Assembly: GCA_003251635.1 (NCBI GenBank) | Contig: QKEW01000011.1 | Coordinates: forward strand, 39,411 to 103,410 | Length of the DNA: 64,000 nt | Source of the DNA: a bacterium | Lineage (GTDB): Bacteria; Patescibacteriota; Minisyncoccia; Moranbacterales; GWC2-37-73 | Reading direction: 5' to 3' | In this document: positions 9,855 through 19,394 of the stretch, piece after piece | Layout: each line of letters starts with the position of its first letter | Numbering within the stretch: the stretch's first letter is position 1 | Position numbers and translations under genes: made by a program | The notes under the pieces: generated by a model | The model's input: the letters and a program-made list of their open reading frames with translations, nothing else | What the model was told of the DNA's origin: nothing | Databases searched by the model: none

Positions 9855-10400
9855 ATGAATGTTGAATTTGGATTAAAGAAGGTTAATGGAATTTTTTTGT
9901 TTGAATCATTCAGAAACTTTTTTGTTGCAACTGTTTTAGGCTGGCTCTATTATTTGTATGATATATTTTCTTATGTTGTAAGCAATAAATTTAACTTTTT
10001 TTCTTCAGTTTTCATTTTGTCGGCAATCCTTCTTTTATGTTCGCTGATTTTTGTATTTATACATCAGTGGACTAGAAAAAAACGTGGTTATGACATTCTT
10101 GGCTTGGAAAAATTTAATCAATTGAGCCAGGAAGATGTCCAGCGATACAGATTCTTTCGGCGATTCTTAAAGTGGATTATGTGTCGAAGAGTGACGATTT
10201 ATTTTTTAGGTTCTATATTTATCGGTCCACATGTGGTCGCACTGTTATTAAGGAAAAATGAAAAAATGTCGAGCACAATTTGTTTTTATTTGATTCCGAC
10301 AACATTAATTTCAGTGCTAACCTGGGTTTTGATAATGAAGGGGGTTGGATTATTAACTTGGAATCAATATGTGAAACCATTTTTGGATTCAGTCATATAA
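9855..10400 (+). CDS. Hypothetical membrane protein (Trp/Phe-rich, 3-4 TM)
   Basis: 181-aa ORF with several hydrophobic helices, directly upstream of the aminotransferase gene. Its composition is unlike that of the neighbouring genes. Confidence 0.4.
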   Translation: MNVEFGLKKVNGIFLFESFRNFFVATVLGWLYYLYDIFSYVVSNKFNFFSSVFILSAILLLCSLIFVFIHQWTRKKRGYDILGLEKFNQLSQEDVQRYRFFRRFLKWIMCRRVTIYFLGSIFIGPHVVALLLRKNEKMSSTICFYLIPTTLISVLTWVLIMKGVGLLTWNQYVKPFLDSVI

Positions 10401-10427
10401 ATATTCCAATCAGAGGGGGTACGAGAA

Positions 10428-11675
10428 ATGAAAGAAATTTTATTAAAAGAAGCCGGAGAATTTGCAGAATTTAACAGGGGTGGGAGGATCATAAATCCTT
10501 TCACTGTTGGTAGTTTCTATGGAAAGTTTATTGAGACAGAGGGGTGTCGTAGAATAGATCTTACTAGGCTGGATTATCTAGCTTTAGGTTCAACCCCGGA
10601 GATCAAGAGGATATTGCACGGGGCTGTTGAAAGCACCGATCTTGGATGCCCAGCATCCCAAAAAGTTCTCAAGACTTCATTAAATGTCGATCTTGAAAAA
10701 AGTTTGGCTAATTTGCACGGGATGAATCAAACGTTGGTTTTTACTAGTGGTTATGCGGCTAATGATAACTTTATGGAGGCTCTTGCTGCTAGGACTAAAA
10801 TTCCTTATTTAAGCATTTTTCGTTTATGCAAAAACACCAGTAATTTACCCACAATTTTTTTTGTTGACGGTGAAAGTCATTTTTCGCTTCAACACGGGAT
10901 AAGAAGAAGTCGTAGCGTTTTTGGCTCTAAAGCGTTCACATTTCCTTCTGGAAATTATGAAAAGCTTGAGTTATTAATTAAGAAAGCCCCCAAGGAATCG
11001 GTAAGGGTAATTATTAGCGATACTCTTTCTTCGGCAACTGGAGTTGTATTTAATACGGAGTGTCTTTGCGAAATTGCAGCCAAGTATGACTGTCTTCTTT
11101 ACCTTGATGAGGCTCATGCAATCGGGGCACTCGGAAAGAATGGCGCTGGCATAGCCAGCGGTAATTCTAGTTATAATAAATACAAAAATCATGTGATGAT
11201 AATGGGCACTTTAACCAAGGCCCTATGTTCAATGGGTGGATACGTATCGTTAAGCGACGAAAATCTTGCTGATTTTTTCCAATTTTGTTGTCCTCAATAC
11301 ATTTTCTCGGCGCCAATTCCTCCTTGGATGGCAAAATCGTTATCTGGTATTGTTGCCCTTGTTTCGGGGGACTGGGGAGATAAAAGAAGAGAAACATTGG
11401 CGCATTTATCCGCGTATTTGAGAAAGGGATTAATTGATGCAGATTTTGATACAATGAATTCGTCTTCTCACATAGTCCCGGTTTTTGTGGGTGATGATGA
11501 AAAAGCAACCAGGATGTATCGGTTTTTGCAGGGAAAAGGTTTTGAAGTTTCTTGTTTTAGATATCCTGCGGTTGCGGAGTCTTCGGCATTGATAAGAATT
11601 TCGGTTTGTAGTGACCTAGAATTCTGTGAATTGGATGAGTTAGTTCATAACCTTAAAATAGCCAGAAATATTTAA
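10428..11675 (+). CDS. PLP-dependent alpha-oxoamine synthase family enzyme (8-amino-7-oxononanoate synthase / 2-amino-3-ketobutyrate CoA ligase / serine palmitoyltransferase-like)
   Basis: Motifs DEAHAIGALGKNGAG and GTLTKALCSMGGYV (PLP-lysine region), and TSGYAANDNFMEAL. These are typical of the BioF/Kbl/SPT subfamily of class I/II aminotransferases. Confidence 0.75.
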   Translation: MKEILLKEAGEFAEFNRGGRIINPFTVGSFYGKFIETEGCRRIDLTRLDYLALGSTPEIKRILHGAVESTDLGCPASQKVLKTSLNVDLEKSLANLHGMNQTLVFTSGYAANDNFMEALAARTKIPYLSIFRLCKNTSNLPTIFFVDGESHFSLQHGIRRSRSVFGSKAFTFPSGNYEKLELLIKKAPKESVRVIISDTLSSATGVVFNTECLCEIAAKYDCLLYLDEAHAIGALGKNGAGIASGNSSYNKYKNHVMIMGTLTKALCSMGGYVSLSDENLADFFQFCCPQYIFSAPIPPWMAKSLSGIVALVSGDWGDKRRETLAHLSAYLRKGLIDADFDTMNSSSHIVPVFVGDDEKATRMYRFLQGKGFEVSCFRYPAVAESSALIRISVCSDLEFCELDELVHNLKIARNI

Positions 11676-11698
11676 ATAAATACATGTTTCTTTTGCGT

Positions 11699-11752
11699 TC
11701 TATCTCGATATCTGTGATTGTGCTACAATAATCATAGGTATCGAGATTTTTT
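11699..11752 (+). terminator. Terminator-like hairpin (ATCTCGATA ... TATCGAGAT) followed by a T-run
   Basis: 9-bp inverted repeat at 11701-11709 and 11737-11745, then TTTTTTTAT. Confidence 0.45.
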
Positions 11753-11768
11753 TATAATTTTTTAAAAA

Positions 11769-13370
11769 ATGTTGCATTTAATTATATTGTTTTCGGGGAT
11801 ATCCAATCTCATAATGGGCTTTCTTGTTGGTTTCGGAAGTGATGATAAGAAGGGAAAGAAATCTTTTGTATTTTTTTCCATCTCAACCTTTATTTGGGCT
11901 GTATTTGTTTTTCTTATATATGAATATAATTTTCCAATAACTGTTAGGTTGTCTTACTCTGGGGGAGCATTAATGATAACATCATTGCTATTGTGGGTTT
12001 ATAATTTTACTTCCACTAGTGAGGTGAGGAAAAGCAGTTTTTTGAAAATAATTCTACCTGGATTATTTTTTTTATTTGTACCATTTATTGATGGCTTGTT
12101 GATTTGCAACATAAGAGAAAATAGTATTGGAGGTTTTGATGCCGATGATGGAGTTCTTTTTCCTTTATATGCATTTTACATCTTATTTGTATATATATTT
12201 GTAATATTTAGACTTGTTAAACTGTTAAGGGTGACATCTGAAAACAAAAAAAGGCAAGTAAAGGCTATATTAAAGGGTGTTTCCTTGTTTATTGGATTGA
12301 GCATTTTATTTGTTTTTGTTTTGCCGTTATTTGGCTATGATAAGTTTATAGACTTTGACGTTCCTTTTTCTATGTTCTTTGTTGTTTTTGCTGCCTATGC
12401 GATGGTTAAATATAGATTAATGAATATAAAAATCATAACCGTTCAAGTGCTTGCATTGGTAGTTTTGGCCATGTCATTTGTCGATATTTTTTCCACTCAA
12501 AATGTTCAGATGACGTTTTATAAGATATTTATATTCATAACTTTGGCGATTTTATTTTATTTTTTGGTTAAGAGTGTGATTATTGAAATTAATCGTAAAG
12601 AGGAGCTCCAAAAAATGACCGACAGTTTAGCCAAGGCCAATGAAGAGCTGCGAAAATTGGACAATGCTAAGACGGAGTTTATTTCTATTGCTTCCCATCA
12701 ACTGCGAACGCCTCTGACTGCGGTCAAAGGTTTCATTTCTCTGATTCTGGAAGGATCTTATGGTGAAATCAGCAAGGGTGTGCGTGATGCCCTGGAAAAA
12801 GCTTATTCCTCCAGCGAGCGGTTGATTGATTTGGTTGAGGATTTGCTCAATGTTTCGCGAATTGAATCCGGTCGAATGCAATTTATTTTTGCTAAAACTG
12901 ATTTGATAAAAATCATTAAGGATTTGCAAGTTAATTTTGCCATGATTGCCAAGGGAAAAGGTCTTTCTTTGGATTTCAAATTACCCAAAGCTAAAATTCC
13001 TAAACTCTATTTGGATGCTTCCAAGATTCGCGAAGTTGTTTCCAATTTGATTGATAATGCCTTGAAATACACAAAAGAGGGTGGGGTGACAGTGACAGTG
13101 GAAAAAACTTCAAGCAAAACAGTTCGGATAGTGGTTGCGGACACCGGAATTGGAATTCCTCCACAAGAAGCTCCCCATTTGTTCAAAAAGTTTTCTCGAG
13201 GCAAGGATATTGAGCGACTTCACGCCAACGGGACCGGCTTGGGTCTCTATGTTGGTAAAAGCATCATTGATCGTCACTGCGGAAAAATTTGGTTTGAGTC
13301 CGCCGGGGCTGGCAAGGGAACAAAATTTATTATCGAACTGCCAATTAAACGGTCAATTAAGGAAAAATAA
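11769..13370 (+). CDS. Sensor histidine kinase with a polytopic membrane sensor domain
   Basis: About 7 N-terminal TM helices. HisKA box ISIASHQLRTPLTAVKGF. HATPase_c motifs DTGIGIPPQEAPHLFKKFSRG and GTGLGLYVGKSII. Confidence 0.85.
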   Translation: MLHLIILFSGISNLIMGFLVGFGSDDKKGKKSFVFFSISTFIWAVFVFLIYEYNFPITVRLSYSGGALMITSLLLWVYNFTSTSEVRKSSFLKIILPGLFFLFVPFIDGLLICNIRENSIGGFDADDGVLFPLYAFYILFVYIFVIFRLVKLLRVTSENKKRQVKAILKGVSLFIGLSILFVFVLPLFGYDKFIDFDVPFSMFFVVFAAYAMVKYRLMNIKIITVQVLALVVLAMSFVDIFSTQNVQMTFYKIFIFITLAILFYFLVKSVIIEINRKEELQKMTDSLAKANEELRKLDNAKTEFISIASHQLRTPLTAVKGFISLILEGSYGEISKGVRDALEKAYSSSERLIDLVEDLLNVSRIESGRMQFIFAKTDLIKIIKDLQVNFAMIAKGKGLSLDFKLPKAKIPKLYLDASKIREVVSNLIDNALKYTKEGGVTVTVEKTSSKTVRIVVADTGIGIPPQEAPHLFKKFSRGKDIERLHANGTGLGLYVGKSIIDRHCGKIWFESAGAGKGTKFIIELPIKRSIKEK

Positions 13371-13511
13371 CAAAAAATCTTTGTTTTCCGGCAATTTAAT
13401 TGGAAGTGTTTCATTGAATATGCCGATGCTCATTAGAGTTTTTGGTTGATTTTCTTTTAGATTAGAGTAAACTGGGATTAATTAAAGACTTTTAAATATC
13501 CTAGTAAAAAT

Positions 13512-14756
13512 ATGTTGCAATCCAAACTTTTTACCAAAGCTCAAAAACAAGCGCCTGCTGGCGAAGTCAGTTTGAATGCCCAACTTTTGATTCGGGCCGG
13601 ATTTGTGCACAAAGAGATGGCTGGAGTCTACTCTTATCTGCCTTTGGGACTTAGGACTTTGAATAAGATTTCTGACATTATTCGTCAGGAAATGGATGCG
13701 GCCGGTGGTCAGGAAATTTTCATGACGGTTTTGCAAGACCGTGAAACTTGGGAAAAAACTGGGCGTTGGAGCGACGAAGTGGTGGACAATTGGTTCAAAA
13801 CCGAATTGAAAAACGGAACACAATTAGGCCTAGGCTTTACCCATGAAGAGGCGATTGCCAAGATCATGAAAAACTACGTGGCTTCTTACAAGGACTTGCC
13901 TTTCTATGCCTATCAAATTCAAACCAAGTTTCGTAACGAAGCCCGGGCTAAGGCTGGTTTGATGCGTGGTCGGGAGTTTTTCATGAAGGACCTCTATTCT
14001 TTTTCCAAAACCAAAGAGGAGCACGACGAATTTTATGAAAAAATGAAAGAAGTTTACATGAAAGTTTTTTCGCGGCTGGGAATGGGTGACAAAACTTATT
14101 TGACTATTTCTTCCGGCGGTTCTTTTTCTAAATATTCCTATGAATTTCAAACTGTTTCAAAAGCCGGAGAAGATATGATTGCCATTATTGATGAAGAAAA
14201 AAGAATTGCCATTAACAAGGATGATTTGACGGATGAAGTTTTGAAAGATTTTGCAGTCAAAGTTGATCGGGATAAATTGCGCGAGGAAAAATCAATCGAG
14301 GTTGGTGACATTTATTCCTTAGGTTATAAATACTCCGAGGCGTTCAATTTGAAATACAAAGATGAAAGCGGTCAGGACCAGATGGTGTATATGGGTTCTT
14401 ATGGTATGAGTCCATCGCGTCTGATGGGGGCGGTGGTTGAGTTAAATTCGGATGCCAAGGGAATTATTTGGCCTGAGGCGGTGGCTCCTTTTGCGGTGCA
14501 TTTGATCAGTTTGGATCAAAATGAAAAGGCTTTGGAAATTTACAAACAGCTTTCCCAAAAAGGTGTGGAGGTTTTGTGGGATGATCGTCAGATTGGAGCT
14601 GGCGAAAAATTTGCCGAAGCGGATTTGATTGGAATTCCTAATCGAATGGTGATTAGTGCCAAGTCTTTAACTGCGGGTGGAGTTGAATTGAAGAAAAGAG
14701 ATTCTGATCAGGCTGAAATTTTGCCGATTGAAAAACTTTTGGAAAAATTTTCTTAA
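13512..14756 (+). CDS. proS: Proline--tRNA ligase, short form lacking the INS editing insertion
   Basis: N-terminus LFTKAQKQAPAGEVSLNAQLLIRAGFVHKEMAGVYSYLPLGLR is typical of bacterial ProRS. The class II motifs and the C-terminal anticodon-binding region are present. 414 aa against roughly 570 aa for full-length bacterial ProRS. Confidence 0.85.
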   Translation: MLQSKLFTKAQKQAPAGEVSLNAQLLIRAGFVHKEMAGVYSYLPLGLRTLNKISDIIRQEMDAAGGQEIFMTVLQDRETWEKTGRWSDEVVDNWFKTELKNGTQLGLGFTHEEAIAKIMKNYVASYKDLPFYAYQIQTKFRNEARAKAGLMRGREFFMKDLYSFSKTKEEHDEFYEKMKEVYMKVFSRLGMGDKTYLTISSGGSFSKYSYEFQTVSKAGEDMIAIIDEEKRIAINKDDLTDEVLKDFAVKVDRDKLREEKSIEVGDIYSLGYKYSEAFNLKYKDESGQDQMVYMGSYGMSPSRLMGAVVELNSDAKGIIWPEAVAPFAVHLISLDQNEKALEIYKQLSQKGVEVLWDDRQIGAGEKFAEADLIGIPNRMVISAKSLTAGGVELKKRDSDQAEILPIEKLLEKFS

Positions 14757-14793
14757 ATATTCGTATTAAATTTATCCAGTCAAATTTATTTTT

Positions 14794-15681
14794 TTGGAAA
14801 TTTTGTTTATGGAAATAAATCTTTCTAAATATGCCGGTTTTTGTGAGGGCGTGGGGAGGGCTTATCAAATTGTGGAAGAGGCTGTTTTTGATTCCAGGAT
14901 CCCAAAACCAATTGCGGTCTTAGGATCATTGGTTCACAACGCCGACGTGGTAAAAAAAATCCAGCAGTGGGGGGTTTTGAAAGTGGAAGTTGAAAACTCC
15001 TTAGAAGAAACACTCTCTAAAATTAAAGGCAAAGTGAAAACTTTGGTAATTACGGCTCATGGTGCCGGACCTAGAATTTATGAGCTAGCTAAAGAAAAAG
15101 GTTTTGAATTGATTGATGCGACTTGTCCAAAAGTTATCAAGGTTCAAAGATTGGCTCAGACTTTTTGGAAGAAAGGCGCTCAAGTGGTGATTGTTGGAGA
15201 AAAGAAACACAAGGAAGTGCGAGGAATCAATGAATGGGCTTGTGAAAAAGGAATTCTGGTTGAAAACCAGCAGGATTTGAAAAATATTCAATTAAGTAAA
15301 GATGATGAATCGGTACTCTTATCGCAAACAACTCAAAATAGTCAACTGGTTGAAAGAATCGGAAAATCTTTGCAGCAAGAGCATTTGAAGTTGAAAATTT
15401 TTGATACGCTTTGCTTGACAACCCATAATCGTCAGGCGGAAATTCGACAATTGGCCAAGAAAAATGACGCGGTAGTAGTAATCGGTTCACCGGAAAGCTC
15501 CAATTCAAATCGACTTTGGGAAATTGCCAAAGAAGAAAATCCGCGCAGCTTTTTTATAGAAAGAGCTGATCAATTGCAAAAGGACTGGTTTGAGGGTTGT
15601 CAAAAAATTGCCGTTAGTGCTGGCGCCTCTACCCCGGATTGGATTATTCAGGAAGTATTGGAGAATTTAAGAAAATCATGA
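14794..15681 (+). CDS. ispH: 4-hydroxy-3-methylbut-2-enyl diphosphate reductase
   Basis: GFCEGVGRAYQIVEEA, LGSLVHNADVV, ATCPKVIKVQRLA and SSNSNRLWEIA are conserved IspH/LytB blocks carrying the three Cys ligands. Confidence 0.85.
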   Translation: MEILFMEINLSKYAGFCEGVGRAYQIVEEAVFDSRIPKPIAVLGSLVHNADVVKKIQQWGVLKVEVENSLEETLSKIKGKVKTLVITAHGAGPRIYELAKEKGFELIDATCPKVIKVQRLAQTFWKKGAQVVIVGEKKHKEVRGINEWACEKGILVENQQDLKNIQLSKDDESVLLSQTTQNSQLVERIGKSLQQEHLKLKIFDTLCLTTHNRQAEIRQLAKKNDAVVVIGSPESSNSNRLWEIAKEENPRSFFIERADQLQKDWFEGCQKIAVSAGASTPDWIIQEVLENLRKS

Positions 15682-15766
15682 TATTTATCGGGAAATTGGG
15701 GGGTTACTACTTGGCGGTTGTTTTTTCTTTTGTTTATTTTGAAAAAACGGTTAGAAAATTGATTTT

Positions 15767-16621
15767 TTGTTCAATTTGCGATATAATTGCATAAGAAAAG
15801 GATTAAAATTTAAAGAGTCAATGAGTAAAATAATTTTCGTCGAGGATGATCCAATGATTGCTGAGATTTACAAGAGTAAACTGGAATCGTCGGGTTTTGA
15901 GGTGGTTAATGCTAAAACAGGCAGGGAAGCTCTTAAATACGCCGCTCAAGGCGGGTATGATTTGATGCTTTTGGATATGGTTTTGCCAGAGCTTGGTGGA
16001 ATGGAGGTTTTGAAGGAAATTAAGAGTGATTCAAGCTATAATCAAAACTTGAAAATTGTGATTTTTAGTAATTTGAATGAAGCGGAAACCCAGCAAGAGG
16101 CACTAAAAAACGGAGCTGATGGATTTATCAGTAAGATGCAATATTCTCCTTCGGAATTGGTGCAAGAGGTCTCGCGGCTAATTCGTCAGTTTGATCAGCA
16201 AGAAGAAAATCATCAACGTGTTTCTCAAGAGGGAGAAATTGCAAAAAGCGGTCAGAGAATTTTGTTTATTGAAGACGAAGAATCTTTTTTGGAAACATTT
16301 GGCAAGAGTTTGGAGGGTGACGGTTATGTTGTAGCGGTGGCCAGTAAAGGAGATTGGGGTTTAAAAGAAGCCTTGGAGAATGATTATGATTTGATTGTTA
16401 TTGACACGGCTCTGTCGGATGTAAGCGGCATTGAAGTAGTTGGCAAATTAAAAGAGGAAGCTAAAACTCAAAATATTCCGATAGTTATGGTGTCAGCTTC
16501 AGTTACGGATGAAGAATTTGAGCAAATCAAGCAACTTGGGGTGGTGGGATTTTTTCTTAAAAATGAAATTGCGCCAAGCGACTTTTTAAATAGTGTTTCG
16601 GAAATTTTGAAGCAGAATTAA
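15767..16621 (+). CDS. Response regulator with two tandem receiver (REC) domains and no output domain
   Basis: REC1: IIFVEDDPMIAEIY...DLMLLDMVLPELGGMEVLKEIK. REC2: ILFIEDEESFLETF...DLIVIDTALSDVSGIEVVGKLK...IPIVMVSAS. The more likely start is ATG at 15821 (MSKIIFVEDD); the first 18 codons of the track ORF are probably non-coding. Confidence 0.8.
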   Translation: MFNLRYNCIRKGLKFKESMSKIIFVEDDPMIAEIYKSKLESSGFEVVNAKTGREALKYAAQGGYDLMLLDMVLPELGGMEVLKEIKSDSSYNQNLKIVIFSNLNEAETQQEALKNGADGFISKMQYSPSELVQEVSRLIRQFDQQEENHQRVSQEGEIAKSGQRILFIEDEESFLETFGKSLEGDGYVVAVASKGDWGLKEALENDYDLIVIDTALSDVSGIEVVGKLKEEAKTQNIPIVMVSASVTDEEFEQIKQLGVVGFFLKNEIAPSDFLNSVSEILKQN

Positions 16622-16637
16622 TTTTTATAAATGTTAT

Positions 16638-18071
16638 ATGGAGCGGATTTTTATTGAACAAGCAGTTAAAAAAGTTGGGGAAAAAGTAAAGTTGTCTGGA
16701 TGGGTGCATAATCGTCGTGATCATGGTAAGATTATTTTTTTGGATTTGCGTGACAAGACCGGGATTGTTCAGACTGTGATTGTTCCTGACTATGCCCAAG
16801 TTTATGAAGAAGCCAAAAAGATCCGCAGTGAATTTGTGATCGAAATTGAAGGATTGGTTAAGGAACGTCCACAAAGCGCTCGAAATGAAAAATCAGCTAC
16901 CGGCTCAATTGAATTGGAGATTGAAAAATTGATGATTTTGAATGAATGTCAGGGGTTGCCTTTTGAAATCAATAAAGATAGTGCGGAAGTTAACGAGGAA
17001 TTGAGATTGAAATATCGTTATTTGGATTTGCGCACTGAACGGATGAAAAATAATATTTTTAATCGCGGCAAGATCGTAAAGTTTTTTCGCGATCACCTGG
17101 ATGAAGAGGGATTTTTGGAGGTGGAAACTCCAGTTTTAGGCAAATCAACAGCTGAGGGTGCGAGGGACTATATCGTACCGTCGCGAATTTATAAGGGTAA
17201 TTTTTACGCCCTGCCACAATCTCCGCAGCAATATAAGCAGCTTTTGATGGCGGGTGGAGTTGAAAGATATTTTCAAATTGCCAAGTGTTTTCGAGATGAA
17301 GATACACGCGGTGATCGTCAGCCGGAATTTACCCAGCTTGATTTGGAAATGAGTTTTGTTAGGCAAAAGGATGTTATGCAAATCATCGAGCGGATGTTGA
17401 TTGAAATGGTACAGAAAATTTATCCTCAAAAAAGAATCCAACAGGTTCCTTTCCCACATATTTCATATCAGGAAGCGATGGAAAAATATGGAACTGATCG
17501 TCCAGATTTGCGTGAAGACAAAAATGATCCCGATCTGCTAGCTTTTTGCTGGGTAATAGACTTTCCATTTTTTGAAAAAAATGAAGATTCCTCAACCGGA
17601 TGGACTTTTACACATAATCCGTTTTCCAGTCCAAAACCGGAACATTTGGAAATGTTGATGGCTAAAAAAGATGTTGGTCAAATTTTAACCACCCAATATG
17701 ATGTTGTTTTGAATGGTTATGAGATTGGTGGTGGTAGCATCCGGAATCATCAACCGAAAGCTTTGGATAAAGTTCTGGAAATTATCGGAATTCCTAAAAA
17801 GCGAGTGGAGCAGGAATATGGTCATATGTTGGAAGCTTTTGAAATGGGAACGCCTCCGCATGGCGGAATCGCTTTGGGCTTAGACCGAGTTGTTATGATT
17901 TTGCAAAATGAATCAAGTATCCGAGAGGTTATTGCTTTTGCCAAAAACGGTGAAGCTCAAGATTTGTTGATGAATGCTCCGGGCGAAATTGAGAAAAAAC
18001 AACTTTCAGAAGTAGGAATCAGTCTGCTGGCCACCAAGAAGGCAGTCAAAAAATCTTCCAAGAAAGCTTAG
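16638..18071 (+). CDS. aspS: Aspartate--tRNA ligase, bacterial type but short (no GAD insertion)
   Basis: N-terminal OB fold (VKLSGWVHNRRDHGKIIFLDLRDKTGIVQ). Motif 2 FRDEDTRGDRQPEFTQLDLEMSF. Motif 3 GGGSIRNHQ. 477 aa. Confidence 0.85.
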   Translation: MERIFIEQAVKKVGEKVKLSGWVHNRRDHGKIIFLDLRDKTGIVQTVIVPDYAQVYEEAKKIRSEFVIEIEGLVKERPQSARNEKSATGSIELEIEKLMILNECQGLPFEINKDSAEVNEELRLKYRYLDLRTERMKNNIFNRGKIVKFFRDHLDEEGFLEVETPVLGKSTAEGARDYIVPSRIYKGNFYALPQSPQQYKQLLMAGGVERYFQIAKCFRDEDTRGDRQPEFTQLDLEMSFVRQKDVMQIIERMLIEMVQKIYPQKRIQQVPFPHISYQEAMEKYGTDRPDLREDKNDPDLLAFCWVIDFPFFEKNEDSSTGWTFTHNPFSSPKPEHLEMLMAKKDVGQILTTQYDVVLNGYEIGGGSIRNHQPKALDKVLEIIGIPKKRVEQEYGHMLEAFEMGTPPHGGIALGLDRVVMILQNESSIREVIAFAKNGEAQDLLMNAPGEIEKKQLSEVGISLLATKKAVKKSSKKA

Positions 18072-18125
18072 AAAATTTTCTATCTTTGTTTTCCATCTTT
18101 TAATTCAGCCAGTTAAAATTAATTC

Positions 18126-19394
18126 ATGGATAAGTTTTTAAAACATGCCGAGAGGCTGGATCATAAAAAGATAAGGCTTCTTAACTTATTGTCTTTTCTT
18201 ATTGGGATTAGCGGATCAAGTTTAATTTATGTTCTTTCCAGTTATGTTGATGGTTTGGTCGGGGAGGAAAATATGAGTTTGATTTATTCCTTGGCTTATT
18301 TGATTTTATTTTTCTTGCTTTTGAATTTTCACAAATTGATCAACCGTTTTGGGGAAATCAATTTGTTTTTGGGTTTGCAGTTTTTTAAAATTTTGATTTT
18401 GTTTTTTTTGGGATTTTTGCCGCTGATGAATTTCAATGTAGCTTTAGTGATCGGCTATTTGGTGTTTTCCTACATAACTTGGGTCGAGATGGATATTATT
18501 TTGGAAGGCTTTTCGGCTGATCGTATGTCTGGCAGAATTCGTGGTTTTTATTTGACTTTCAATAGTCTCGGCTATTTAGTAGGTCCGCTGATTTCAACTC
18601 AGATATTGGAACACTTTGACTACGCGGGTGTTTTTATATTCGCTTTGATTCTTTCCATGGTTTTTTTCTTGATTACTTTGGTAAGCTTGAATAAGACTAA
18701 GAGTGAGCTGCGCGAGGTTCCTTGTGTCAAAAAGATTCTTCAAAAAATTTTTTCCAACAGTGATTTGCGACGAATTTATTTCGTTTCGGTTTTTTTGGAA
18801 ATTTTCTACGCAGTGGTAGTGGTTTATGTTCCGATTTATTTGTTGAGTCTGGGTGTGAATTGGTCTGAAATTGGAATTTTAATTTCCCTGGCTCATTTGC
18901 CTTTTATTCTTTTGCAATATCCGATCGGGGCGTTGGCTGACAAGAAGATGGGTGAGAAAGAGATTTTGATCTTGGCTTTTTTGATTTTGGGTTTTTCAAC
19001 TTTATTGATCTATTTTATCCAATCTTCCGATCTTTTCGTTTGGGCTATGGTTTTGATGACCACGCGGATCGGAGCGGCATTGATTGAAGTTTTGCGCGAT
19101 TCTTATTTCTATAAAAAAGTTGATGCTCGCGATGTTGATCTGATTAATTTTTTCCGAACTGCCGGTCCGGTCGCTTTCTTTTTGGGGACAGCCCTAGCTT
19201 CTTTTTGCTTGCTATTTTTCTCAACGAAAGCGATATTCATATTGTTTGGAATGATTATATTTTTGGGCATAATTCCAGCGGCTAGACTCAGAGACAATCT
19301 TTCTGAAAAAGAAATAATGCTCAAAAATGGAATTGGTAAAGCTTTGGGCTCTGAAAAACAGCTCGAAACAGAAAAGGTAAAAATTGGCCTATGA
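18126..19394 (+). CDS. MFS-type transporter
   Basis: About 12 predicted TM helices over 422 aa, with a cytoplasmic loop between helices 6 and 7. Confidence 0.6.
   Translation: MDKFLKHAERLDHKKIRLLNLLSFLIGISGSSLIYVLSSYVDGLVGEENMSLIYSLAYLILFFLLLNFHKLINRFGEINLFLGLQFFKILILFFLGFLPLMNFNVALVIGYLVFSYITWVEMDIILEGFSADRMSGRIRGFYLTFNSLGYLVGPLISTQILEHFDYAGVFIFALILSMVFFLITLVSLNKTKSELREVPCVKKILQKIFSNSDLRRIYFVSVFLEIFYAVVVVYVPIYLLSLGVNWSEIGILISLAHLPFILLQYPIGALADKKMGEKEILILAFLILGFSTLLIYFIQSSDLFVWAMVLMTTRIGAALIEVLRDSYFYKKVDARDVDLINFFRTAGPVAFFLGTALASFCLLFFSTKAIFILFGMIIFLGIIPAARLRDNLSEKEIMLKNGIGKALGSEKQLETEKVKIGL

Noticed and set aside
9635-9865. 76-aa ORF at the start of the aminotransferase islet
   Set aside because: Its composition is extremely hydrophobic and repetitive (IIIRIIFGEGFLF...), with no RBS. 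It begins inside the terminator tail of the DUF4012 gene and is more likely non-coding leader.
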